From Camelus dromedarius (Eukaryota): 64,000 nt of DNA. The notes below the pieces were generated by a model. That model did not search any database. It was not told the DNA's origin and saw only the letters and a program-made list of their open reading frames with translations. The stretch covers positions 76,386,001 through 76,450,000 of the forward strand of contig NC_087436.1 in assembly GCF_036321535.1 (NCBI RefSeq), given 5' to 3'. Positions 52,276-64,000 of this stretch are shown in pieces; the first letter of the stretch is position 1, and every line of letters starts with the position of its first letter. The position numbers and the translations under genes are program-made.

Positions 52276-55200
52276 TAATTATGTGAAATTTAATAATATA
52301 CTAAATTGTCAAAGACTTCTATTAGTCCTAGTCTGATTAATTTCAGTTTATTTAACACATATCTTTGGACTAAATACTTAACTTCCATGGTCAGTAATAT
52401 TTTCATTTAATTATTAAATGAGGAGCTTTCATTAAATTATCCCTAAACTCCCTCTTATCTCTTAAGTTTTATAGTTCTGTTTACCTCACTTTCTCCATCT
52501 GTAAAATGAATATATTCCTAACAGCATTTTTAGATTTCTCTTCTCTACCTCTGTTATTAATTACTAGTTGGAAATGATTCATGGTGGAGGAAACATCTGT
52601 CTTAGCATTGTATAGATAAGGATAATGTTGATCTTTTATTGGGAGACGTTAGGTCACATTAGGTGACTTTGCACAGTAGAGAAATGCATCTATGTTGATT
52701 ATCTTTGAGATGGCTCACCTGTTTTAGTGATGGGTAACTAATTATACCACATTTTGGCGTCACATTTAACCACACTTAACCTAAGGTTCTTGTGCTCTTT
52801 TGAGCAAGTTTTATATTTACTCATATTGGCCTCGTCTCAACACTTTTTGTAGAATTCTTCAAAACAGACAAAATCTTACATGTATTTTCAAATATTTGGG
52901 AGATTGATTTTTTATATACAATGATTCTGCAGTTTTCTAATCAGTAAGGGCACTTTCCTCTGGGTGATAAATATGTTAGTATTATTTTATAGTCACTAAA
53001 CCAGGAACAATAATAATAATAAAAAAAAATCCCTGTCCATAAGTAACTTCAGATTGCAGTTTATGTAATGACATCACATCCCTTCTTTCACTGAAACACA
53101 GAAATCTCATTTACTTGCTAGTATGATAAACACTGAAATTTTTTTCAGATTGAAATTTAATATAGACACATAATGTATGACATTTGTATTCAAAAGAGAT
53201 AATGAAGAGATGATGAAGAACTGATAAGTAAATGATGTGATAATGTATGCTGTAATGGGTAAGATGGGAGGTGGACAGATGATAAAACCACATTTCTTTT
53301 TTAGACACAGTTCCCTGAATTTTGCAGCATGTACATTTCCAGACAGTGGAGACAGATCAAAACTCAAGTGGTGACAAGAGAGCTTACTGCTCTGGTTTAA
53401 GTATCTTCCGTTCCATGAATATTTATCACAGCAGCACCACACAGAACACTTCTCCCTGCTTATTGCAGTCATCTGCTGTACATGCCATCACAGTTGAAAG
53501 TCCATACCTTTCCCTGTTGTGAGGCTTACTGTTTTGTGGCTTAAAGCATCTATGCGCCTTGATAAATGCTGCCTTGATTAGGCTGAGATGACGAGCAACT
53601 TTCGAGCAAAGTTTTACTTTTGTATGATAACATTTTGTGACTTTTAAAAATGGTTGTTCCTTTTTACTAACTCAGTTTAAATCTGAAATCAATTTAACTT
53701 TTGACAATGATCTCTTTCTAGTGTGATATACTTACTGTATCTAAGGTATCCATATTAACATAGACATGTTACTGTTCACATGCAGTTGTTTCTCTCACGT
53801 CCGATTGCCATGTAGCATCCAAATCTGATTCCAGAGACCACAATTGGCTTAGTCAAACAGAAGCCCTAAGGGTGTTTGGTATAGCAGTTATAAATAAAAG
53901 CTATATAAATTTGCTCCACAGAGCCTATTTTGAAACTAAAACTCACAAATGTTAACCAGGTTGACGAATAAGTGACAAGCTCAGCACTGATTCATATATG
54001 TCAATATATGGTTTGTAAATATGTGTTAATAAAATGTCTATCAGCCTTGTCAATTTTCCTGTTTACCTCAAAAGCAGTGATTAGTACAATTCTAATTACC
54101 AGTTGTTTCTAACTATTCATAGTCACATTGTTTTGCCAAATTGGTTATTAAAGAGTTTCTATAGTGGTAATAAGGCACAATCAACAATTAAGGAGATTGA
54201 CTAAATTCTTCAGTCCTTATAAGAATTATTTATAGTAATTAATTTTAGATAATACTAAATAACTTATGTTGATGTTATATCTTTTTGGAGTTATATTTGA
54301 TAAAGTATGATATTTCTTTGAAAATAAAACAGTTCTTCCTAAGTTTCCTGATTCTTCTCCATCCCCAGAGCCAAGCCTTTCATTAGGTCAATTTTTAAAA
54401 ATTGATGTAACAACTCTAATTAAATCATGTTTCCAGTCTTATGTGATGATAATTATACTTCTCCTCAGTATGTTAACTTATTAAACAGATGTTAACTTAT
54501 AACTGAAACAGTGGACTTAAAGTAATCAAGAAACTAAAATTCCTTAAGAAAATAGAATGTCCTAAGCCCCATGAGGGTAGGGAGATGTTTATCCTTGTCA
54601 CTGTTAGCTTCTCACTGCCTAGTACAGGATCTGGTACATAGTAGGCAAGTCATAAGCACCAGTTCAATGAAATAAAATATAATCGGTATCTTTATCAAAT
54701 ACTTTTGTTCTATGTACTCCTATTTTATGCCTCCATTGTTTTGTTTATAATTTCTTCTTTCTTGAATTCCTTTTTGTTTTTTCTTTATCAGGCTAATACT
54801 CATCCTTCAAACGTCTGAACGATTTGGATCATTTTATCCAAGAAGTTTTCTGGCTCCTCCACAGCTGATCAAAGCATTCCCAAAGCTTAATATTTTATCT
54901 TACACAGTTTACATGATTCTCTGGATCAAGGTTAGGTTCCTAATCTTTGTGTATATAGTATTTAGGACAGTGCCTAGTACATAAAAGCAACTCAGTAAAT
55001 ATCCATTGCACTTGAATTTCTTTAAGGACCAAAGAACAACTGTATTTTTTTGAGATGGTGAGAGAGTGTTCATTGTTTATTTGTTAGTTGTTTTACCCAG
55101 TCTAACTTTGTTCTTACATTAAAATGTTTTGGTGTTCATGCCAATGGAAATTGATAGAACAGCAAACTCTACTACTTAAAAATATTTGACCTATGATTTG

Positions 55201-56444
55201 GAAATTGTTTCTGATCATTAATTAATGTAACAAGAGACATAGAATAATTTGCTTGGCTAGTGCAAATATGTTTTAGGATAAAGAGGTTTTATAAAATGCA
55301 TGTGTATTATTTAATCAGGCTTTATTTAGATTCTCATGAAGACAAAACAAATTGTAAGCTATAACAGATAATGGTTAAAAAAACGCAGATAATTGTTAAA
55401 GCATAGAAAGCCATTTAGATGATGGATCAGTTACCAGACTATGTGTTAGCTGTCACCTTTATTTGCAGCTGATACAGCTCCAAATCATATGATTTTGGAG
55501 ACATCTAATTCTGTGCTTTGATTTTTTTCCCTTGTTGGTATTAGGAAAAAAATAAATTCTTTAAACTCTGAACCACAAATATTCCTAAAACACTACCTGC
55601 CTTGAACACTTCCAGGAAAGATATCATATATGTTCTGAGAACATTGTTTTTAAATTGAATCTCAGTAAAGAGAAATGAGAGGCACTTATAACCCAAGCAG
55701 ATTGGAGGAGAGATAACTGATTTAGCAGAATCGAGGAACATCCATCTTCAGTGCACCTCACCAGTGAAGCACTTCCAAAATACAACTGATTTTCCCAGAA
55801 TAATTCCAGAAAAACCTCAGAAATTGGAAGAACCTGATACCAAAGGAAGCAAGAGTGGAGAAAAGAGATAAAATCAAAGATACTATTTGAAAGTCCATCT
55901 AAGAAATAGTAACAAATCTAGATTTTTGCCCTCCTTACTTCTTCCTTCTCTCCCCAGCCAGGTAGTCAGACAGTTAACCCTTATCTACCTTTCTGGAAAT
56001 AGATAATTTGTTTTCTGGAGAAACTGAACCAGAAAGGATCTAGGCATGAAGGATATGAGACTTTCTTTTTTAAATGTGAACTTGAGTTATTCAGTGATGT
56101 TTTAACCAGTGAGTAATTGTATAGCTTATATTTTTCTTTTGTCTTAGAGGAAAAATGGAAAACGTGCAAATTAATTAATATGATGAAGTGGTTCATTTCT
56201 TACTTATTTTTATTTTAAGCAAACATTTACTGACTTTTAATTTTCTATTGAATTTTAATATACACAGAGAAAAGTACACAAATAATAAATGAAAATGTTA
56301 ATGTTTCACAGATTTAGTGCTCTTTGTGTAACCAGCACATCCATGAAGATACAGAACACTGCCAGCACCTGTGAGGTGCTCCTCACAGACATTCCTAACA
56401 CACAAACAAACCCATGTGATTAATTATCACAGATTATGTTTGCA

Positions 56445-57232
56445 TTTTTTTTATTGTGGTAAAAAACACATAACACAAAATTTAGCATCTTAACCGTTTT
56501 TAAGTGTACTGTTTAGTAGTATGTTCACATTGTTGTGAAACAAATCTCCAGAACTTTTTCATCTAGCAAAACTGAAACTCTACATCCATTAAAAACATCC
56601 CTTTTCCCTCTCCCCTGAGCCCCTGGTAACCATCACTCTACTTTCTGTGTCCTGAATTTGACTACTTTAATAAAATAGTCGTAAGAGAGGAAGCGCACTA
56701 TATTTATCTTTTTGTGATGGACATTTCACTTAGCATGATGTCTTCGGGGTTTGTCCATGTTGCAGAATGTGACAGGATTTCCTTCCTTTTTAATACTGAA
56801 TAAAATTCTACTGTCTGTGCATACTATATTTTGTTTATCCATTCCTCCATCACTGGATACTTGGGTTTCTTCCACCTCTCCTCTGTTATGAATAATACTG
56901 CTGTGAAAATGGGTATGCAAATATCTTTTGAGACACTTTCAGTTCTTTTGGTTATATATCCACAAATAGGATTGCTGGGTCACAAGATAGTTCTAATTTT
57001 AATTTTTTGAGGAATCTCCATACTGTTTTCCATAGCAAGTGCATGATTTTACTGTCCTATCAACAGTGCACAAGAGTCCCAACTCCCCTGTGTCCTCACC
57101 AATACTTGTTATTTTCTGGTTTTGTTTTGTTTTGTTTTAATTGTAACCATCATAATGGGTGTGAGATGCTGTTGTGATTTTGACTTCATTTCTCTGATGA
57201 GTAGTAATGTTAAGCATCTTTCCATATGTTTA
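56445..57232 (-). mobile_element. L1MB-like ORF2 end and 3' UTR (an older L1 3' end lies at ~56230-56440)
   Basis: ttattgtggtaaaaaacacataacacaaaatttagcatcttaaccg. ORF 56726..56920 is frameshifted L1. Confidence 0.88.
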
Positions 57233-59430
57233 TAATACTTTGGCCTTTTAACCTTTGTATTGGAGCTAAGTGTTAACACATCACCATGCTGAAGTACTGG
57301 AGTATTTGGAATCTGACTATGTGTGTATCTTCACCAGGGTGTTGTATGTTTTCATGTATTTTTCTGTTACTTATCAGGATCCTTTCATTTCAGCTTGAAG
57401 AACTTTCTGTATTTCTTGGAAGGCAAGTTTAGTGGTTCAGCTTTTGCTTATCAGGGACATTTTTTAATCTGGCCTTCGTTTCTGAAGGACAGATTTGTTG
57501 GGTAAAGTATTTTTGGTTGGCAGTTTTCTTCTTTCAGCACTTTGGGTATATAATTTTATTCTATCCTGGTCTGCAAGGTCTGTGTTGAGAAATCCACTGA
57601 TAGCCTTATGGGTTTCCCTGGTATGAGAGAATTATTTTTTTTCCTCTTGCTGCTTTTAGAAGTCTTTCTTTTTATTTGATTTTTAGACAGTTTTATTTTA
57701 ATGTATCTTAGAGAACGTTGTTTTGGATTGAAATTTTGGGAGGGACCTATTATTATGATCTTAATATCCGGTTCTCTTCCCAGGTTTGGGAAGGTCTCAG
57801 CCCTTATTTCTTTAGATGAGCTTTCCAGCCCTTTCTCTTCTCTTCTCCTTCTGGGACTCCAGTCATCATACATTATTCCTCTTCATGGTGTCCTATAAGT
57901 CCTGTAGGCTTTCTTCATTCCTTTCATTCTTGTTTTCTTTTTGCTCCTCTGATTGAATAGTTTCTGCTAGTCTGTCTTCTAGTATACTGATTGTTTTCTT
58001 CTGCATGGTCAAGGCTCATATTGGAGCTCTCTATTGAATTCTTTAGTTTAGTCATTTTATTTTTCAGCTCCAGAACTTCTGTTTGTTTCTTCTTTATTTT
58101 GTTTATTTTTTTTTGTTTAACTTTCATTTTATTGCTGTATTGTTATCCTGATACCATTAAATTGTTTGTGTTTTCTTATGACTCTCTGGGCATCAGTAGA
58201 ACACTTATTTTGAATTCTTTGTCTTGTAATTTCTGGATCTCCATTTCTTTGGGGACAGTGACTGCAGGTTTAGATTTACTTTATTCCTTTGGTAGAGTCC
58301 TGTTACCTCTGATTTGTTTTGTTCCCTATTGCCTTGCAGGTAGGTGTCTGCACATTTGAAAAAGCAGTTATCTCTTACAGACTTTAGAGACTGACTTCTG
58401 TAAGGGAAGACTTTTACATGCAAGTGGGAGACATGCTGAGCATGCTGTGATGCTGGGTCTAACAGTGCAAAATGTAAGGGTATGTGGCAGCACTCATTCC
58501 AAGGGGACATGATGTCTCATCAGCTCAGGCCGCTGGGGTCCACAGCATGGACAGCTGTGAGGTCCTTGGTGAGAACTGCAAGTGGTCCACAGTGATTACA
58601 AGGGCTGTTGGGGTCCTCGGCAATATGTGTAGCTCCAGTGGCAAGGGACCAGCGCAGACAGCAGTGGTGGGCAGAGCTGGTGGTGTACTCACGCAGCTCT
58701 GGGGGCCAGCTGTGCAGGCCCGTGTAGTGGCAAGGGATGGTTGTAGAATCATGCTTGTGCAGCCAGGGCAGGCTGCTGGGGTCAGGGCTAGCTTCAGGCT
58801 TACTGGCAGCTGCAAAGGCCCTGACTGTCAGTGTGCTCTCCTGTGGTGGCTCTTTCAGCTCCCAACAGTGTACACTGTAGTGGGGGCTAATGACAGGCAT
58901 CACACTGGTGGCATGCCAGTGCACAGCTGGAGAGGCCCGTGCACAGCAGTGGGCCTCAGCTGGAGTTGTGTAAGCTGGTGTCATGCATTCATGCAGCCAC
59001 AGGGGCCTGAGCTGGCTGCTGGTGTGTTTCCTGAGCCCTGGCAGGGCCAGGGAGCCGTCAGGCAGCTGGTGTCTTGTACTTGTCCAGCTTCAGAGACCTG
59101 AGCTGGTTGCTAGTGCTGGCCTTGGGATCTGGCAGGGGTAGAGGAGGAGGGAGTGGAAGGAGTCAGGTAGTTGGGGTCCACCAGTGTGAATACCCATGGG
59201 GTGAAAGCTGGTGAAATCTGCAGGGGGTCGTCGGCAGCAATGCTGGCCCTTGGTTCCTTCTTCAGTGGCAAAATCTGCTGAGTTTATCTTTTGAGCGGGT
59301 CTCTGTGGACCTTGATTGCTCCTGCTGTGTGTCTGCTATTAATAACTCCTGTTTTCCTTTGTTATTCCTGGCTGTGTCTGTATATCTCAGCTTTGCTGGT
59401 CTGGGTAGGGTGAAACCAAAATGGGATATT
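57233..59430 (-). mobile_element. L1 5' UTR and decayed ORF1
   Basis: Peptides EVLELKNKMTKLKNSIES (coiled coil) and EIRAETFPNLG...KPIRLSVDFSTQTLQTR (ORF1p). GC-rich 5' UTR at ~58400-59400. Confidence 0.85.
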
Positions 59431-59439
59431 TTTCATCAG

Positions 59440-62400
59440 GTTAATATGGCCAGCCTTCCTGTGCTTACCACATAATATTTTTTTCCATCCATTTGCACTC
59501 AGTGTAACTTTTGTCTTAATTTTAAAGATCACCTTCTGAAGATGATATACAGTTGGTTTTGCTGTTTTATCCATTTTAACATTCTCTATCTTTTGACTAA
59601 AATGTTTAGTTCATTAAAATTAATGTACTTATTGATATTATGGAGTTTTGGTTTACAGTTTTAATATTGTTTTTTCTCTTTCTGTTTTGTTTTTTTTCCT
59701 TTCTTATTCTGTTCCTCCCTGCTTTTGGACACTTGAATACTTTTCAGAATTCTATTTAAATTAATTGTTTTTGAGCTATCCCTCTTTGCATTATATTTTT
59801 ATTGATTGCTTTAGGGATTACAATTTAAGTGCTTAAGTTTTTGTATTAATCGTAGGCCTAATTTTGTACCATTTTATATAAAATGTAGAAACATATCAAC
59901 TATATAGTTCCATATATAGCTATATAGTTATATAGTTTTATAAATATATAAATAGATATAATTGTGTAGTTATGTAGATAGTGCCTCACTGTCATTTATT
60001 CCCATATTCATAAATTCTGATGCTTTCATTTTTCCATATTCATAAATTCTGATGCTTTTCATTCATTCTTGAGGAGTCAAGTTTCCCTCTAGTGTCATTT
60101 CACTTTTGTTGAAAACTTCCCTTAGTATTTATTGTATTTTTTTTTTTTTGGCTTTAGCTTATTACATCTTTATTTCATTTATATTTTGTTGCACATAAAA
60201 TTCTGTTTACTTTTAAAAACTTGTTTTTTTTAATTCTGTTTTGGTTTGTATCAAAAACTTGAGGGTGTTGTTCCATTGTTTATTGATGAGAAGTCTGTGT
60301 TTTCCAGTTGTTGTTCTTTGTGTATAATGTATCTTTTTTTCCTGTATGCTTTTTGAGATTTTTGTCTTTCTTTGGTTTTCACAAACTAGATTTATTTCGC
60401 ATATAGGAATCAATTTCTTAAAATTAATTCTGATTGGCCTTTTTTGAACTTCTTGATTCTGTTCATTCATAAGCTTTCACTAAATTTGAGAATTCTGCTA
60501 GTATTTTCTCAGAAATAATTTACAGCTCATCTTCCCACTCCTCTTCTTCTGAGATACCACCTAACTGTATGTTGGTTGTATTTTTGAAAATTTTCTGTAG
60601 GTCCTTTTGGTTTCTTACTTAATTTTTTCAATCTTTTTTCTCTCTTTTTAAAAAAGTTGATTTCTTTTGATTTTGCTTCAAGTTTACTAACTTTCATCTA
60701 TCATATCTAATTAGCTCTTAAGCCAATCCAGTATATTTTTCATCCTTCAGATTTGATATATTTCAGATCTGAAATTTCCATTTGGTTCTTTATTATATGT
60801 CCTGTTTCTAAGTTTTTCTCTCTTTTAATTCATTATAAGTGTATTCTCTCTTATTTCACTGGGCATAATTATATAGTTTCCTTAAAGCCTTTGTCTGCCA
60901 ATCCAACATGTGTACAGTGGGCTTTGTCTGTTGACTGTTGCTTCCTTTGAGACTGGGTCATATTCTCCCTCTCTTTATATGTTGAGTAATTTTGGATTAT
61001 GCCCTGAACATTTTGAATATTCTTTTGTGGAGACTTTGGGTTTTGTTGCACTAAAGACTGTTGGTGCTTTTGTTTCCATATCAACTAGCTGTGCAGTGTG
61101 ATATAACTGTGGGGGCAGCAGTTCAAATCTCATTTCAGTCCTCCGGGTCTCAGCTGCAAGCTGCTTTTGGTTTACCATATACGTATATAGTTTAGGGATC
61201 AGCCAGAGACCTGGGCTAAGTTTAAACACATTTCTTGGAGTTCTTTTTCTCTGATTTCCATGGCTCCCTCTCACTTGTTGGTTCTTATGCCAGGGGAAGT
61301 ACCTTGTTTATTCTATGCGGAAAGACTACAGGCTTTGTATAGCCATTTTGGCCTTGTATGCCCCGCTTCAACTTCAGCTGCTCTCAGGGAAAAGTTAAAA
61401 TAAATTTAACTCACTCTATAATGAACACTTACTCTAACTTATGATTTCTAAAATCCAGGTGCTTCTGTTTAGTCTCCAGGGCCTTCAGTTAGTTGTTTTT
61501 TTTTTTTTTCTTTTTATATTTTGTCTAAAGTTTATTGATAATATTTGTGGAAGGATCAGTTTATTAGATTCTTATTTTTCCACACCAGAAGTGAAATTCC
61601 TTATGGTAGTTTTAATTTGCATTTGCCTGATGACTATTGAAATTGAATACTTTTCATATGTTTGTTTACCATTTTTATGTCCTATTTTGTAAAGTGCCTG
61701 TTCAAGTCTTCTGGCATTTAGTTTTTTTTGTTAGGTTGTCTGCCTCATTGATCTTTAGAAATGTTTATACATTCTGAATGCAAATTTGTTGTTAGATTTA
61801 TTAAAAGTACTTTCATTCTGTGGCTGGTATTTTTGTTCCTTTTGTCTTTGGATGAGCAGAAGTTCTTAATTTTAATGCATTCCAATGGAAATTTTTCCTT
61901 TCATTTGTGGTTAATGCTATTTTTGTTTCCTTTTATGGTTAGTTTCCAGTTTAGGGGAACTTTGCATATCCTAAAATCATCAAGAAATAATTCTGGTTTT
62001 TTTCCCCATAGAATTTTAAATTGTCATATTTTCAAAATTAGATGTAGAGTCCATCTGGAATAGAATTTTTTTTTGTCTAATATAATGTAGGGTAATATTT
62101 ATTTATATAAATATCTGATTGACTTATTTATTGATAACATATTATTATTTCCCTGCTGCACTGCAGTTTTACATTTACCATAAATCCAGGAACTAAATAT
62201 ATATAGGCCTGCTTCTTGACTTTCCATTCAACTTTATTGATCTATTTGTCTATATTTGTATAATGCCACACTGTCTTATTTACTGTAGCTCTGTAGCTTC
62301 TTAGTGGTTCTGTTTTTTATTGACTGATGTTTCTTCTGGTTATAGTTTCTTCACTGGTTTAGAATTTTTGATTCTGTAGTCTGTTGTATTTCTTTAATGA

Positions 62401-63000
62401 ATGCTTTTTTGTTTTGGCACATGATTAATTTTCTTTTTACTTTTTGATCATACTGGCACTTCCAAGTCTAATTTTTAACATTAGGGTAGGACTATGGCTG
62501 ATGTGATCTGCAGAATAATGCAGGGCTAGACTGGCTATAATATAAGGCATAGCCTTTCTGTGGTGACAGCTGAATGCCCATGGTGACCAGCAAGGTCCTT
62601 CTTTTCTGGCTTGTTGGAATTTTATTGTCCCCAGGCGTGTGCAAACTCCAGAATCCCTTTTAGGTTTACAGATTCCTGATAATTATTCTTTCCTGGTTCC
62701 ATGGAATCTTGGCAATTTCATCAATTGAAATAGAAAGTTAATAGCATGCTGGAATATCTACAACTTTAATGTACAGTATTACAATCATTGAAGTGTAGAA
62801 ATGTAATTTTCTTATTTTTTTCTGTGAACTGGATTTGATTTGCTCATAAGCCCCCATTTCTGCTATGGCATAGTGAGGGTAATAGTCACAGAAAGTTAAT
62901 CTTGTCAATAAAACATAATTCAAGCATTTCAAGTTTCTTTTTGTCTCTTTCAGGAAGTTACTGGGTGAACTTAGTAATTGAAAGTTCAGTTAATTCAAAG
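59440..63000 (-). mobile_element. Stack of older L1 fragments (ORF2 start, ORF1, 5' region, ORF2 3' part)
   Basis: T-rich antisense L1 sequence such as ttgatgagaagtctg, cagatctgaaatttccatttggttc, ttttaatttgcatttgcctgatgact. Confidence 0.75.
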
Positions 63001-63634
63001 TTGAAACTCTCTATCAGAACTTTCCTCCAGTTCATAGGTTGTTTTCTTTCTTTTTGCATTTCTGAGAAGGTGTCTGAGGACCGAAACTGTATCTATGTAT
63101 CACTATGGTATTTGATATGAGAAATGGGAAATGACCATTCCATGTGGTGTTCCATGGTTCTTACTGGGTTTTGCTTTGAAATGTCTATGGCTGGTGTAAT
63201 TTGCAGTTGGCTCTCTCTGTGTGGTGCCTCTTTTCTGATGTGACTGCTACTCTCCTTTTTATTGTTGTACTTATCTTTTGAGATCAGTCAGAAATGCCGC
63301 TGAAGCCCAGCTCTGGACTGTCCACCCCACTGTTTCTGTCACTGGGTGACGCTCATGCTGCCATACTGCAAGATGTTCATGGCATACCGACTGTCAGTTA
63401 ATTCTCACATGTCTTCTGCACCAATACTAAAGGGGATACAACATTTTTCATATCTCTTTTATGTTTCCTGAAGTCAAGGACTGCCTTCAACTTGTGTAAA
63501 ATTGCCATGCTGCTATTTTTAGTCTACAGAAGGCCCTCTTCTATGTAATCTTCTCCAAGATGGGAGGTGAGGCCCATGTCCTTTATGCTCTGGGATTTCC
63601 AGATTTATTTGGATGTCTTTCTTTATCCACATAT

Positions 63635-63692
63635 GTGTGCATACATGTGCATGTGCACACACACACACACACACTCACATATGCAGACACAT
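63635..63692. repeat. (CA)n microsatellite with TG/CA flanks
   Basis: gcacacacacacacacacactcacat. Confidence 0.9.
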
Positions 63693-64000
63693 GTTTTTGT
63701 CCCCAGGAGGGTACCAAGGAGAAGGCCCCTATTCTAGCATCTAAATGCTCTGGCTTGCCTCTTTTTCCAATTCCTGGCCTGAATGTAGGAAATAGTTTTT
63801 ACTTACTCATGCTACTCATCCTGCTGTTTCTCTTTGGCTATGATAAACAAATAAAAAAATAAACCTTAGTGATTTCGGCTCTCCCAAATCTGGTTATCAA
63901 TATTAAGTGAGAAATGGAAGAAGTGAAAATAAAAACCATTGAGTCCTTAGGTGCTAGAGGTGCTTGCTATTGGAAGTCTGGCTTTTGAGACTAGTGCTTC

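Noticed and set aside
53107..53522. Overlapping 65-121 aa ORFs in unique sequence
   Set aside because: No homology recognised, non-coding-like composition and no consistent splice structure.
58484..59101. 205-aa ORF and overlapping opposite-strand ORFs
   Set aside because: They lie in a GC-rich L1 5' UTR where stops are rare, and no protein family is recognisable.
63966..63983. 14-nt exact match to the reverse complement of the retrocopy 5' UTR (ttggaagtctggct)
   Set aside because: Matches of this length are expected by chance within 64 kb.
1..64000. CRISPR arrays, rRNA/tRNA genes or operon-like systems
   Set aside because: Mammalian nuclear DNA, and none were seen.

Overview
64 kb of AT-rich, repeat-dense mammalian DNA, either intronic or intergenic. 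The youngest L1 3' ends look cetartiodactyl, probably camelid, and I saw no Alu, Bov-tA, PRE1 or Can-SINE. No intact protein-coding gene is supportable. The window is mostly L1 of several ages, L2, MIR, MaLR/ERVL/ERV1 LTRs, an ERVL internal relic, and hAT/Tigger DNA transposons. The main feature is a ~3.1 kb minus-strand processed pseudogene of PTPN20 (39467-42586), inserted in an L2. It has a 17-bp target-site duplication, an AATAAA and a decayed poly(A). It is not a copy of the canonical mRNA. Just after the catalytic-motif region the PTPN20 sequence joins an old inverted L1, which appears to be a fossil of an L1-exonised, C-terminally truncated isoform. A 30-bp piece of its 5' UTR is repeated ~950 bp away, outside the insertion. 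Repeat family names are from visual recognition, boundaries are approximate, and no searches were run.
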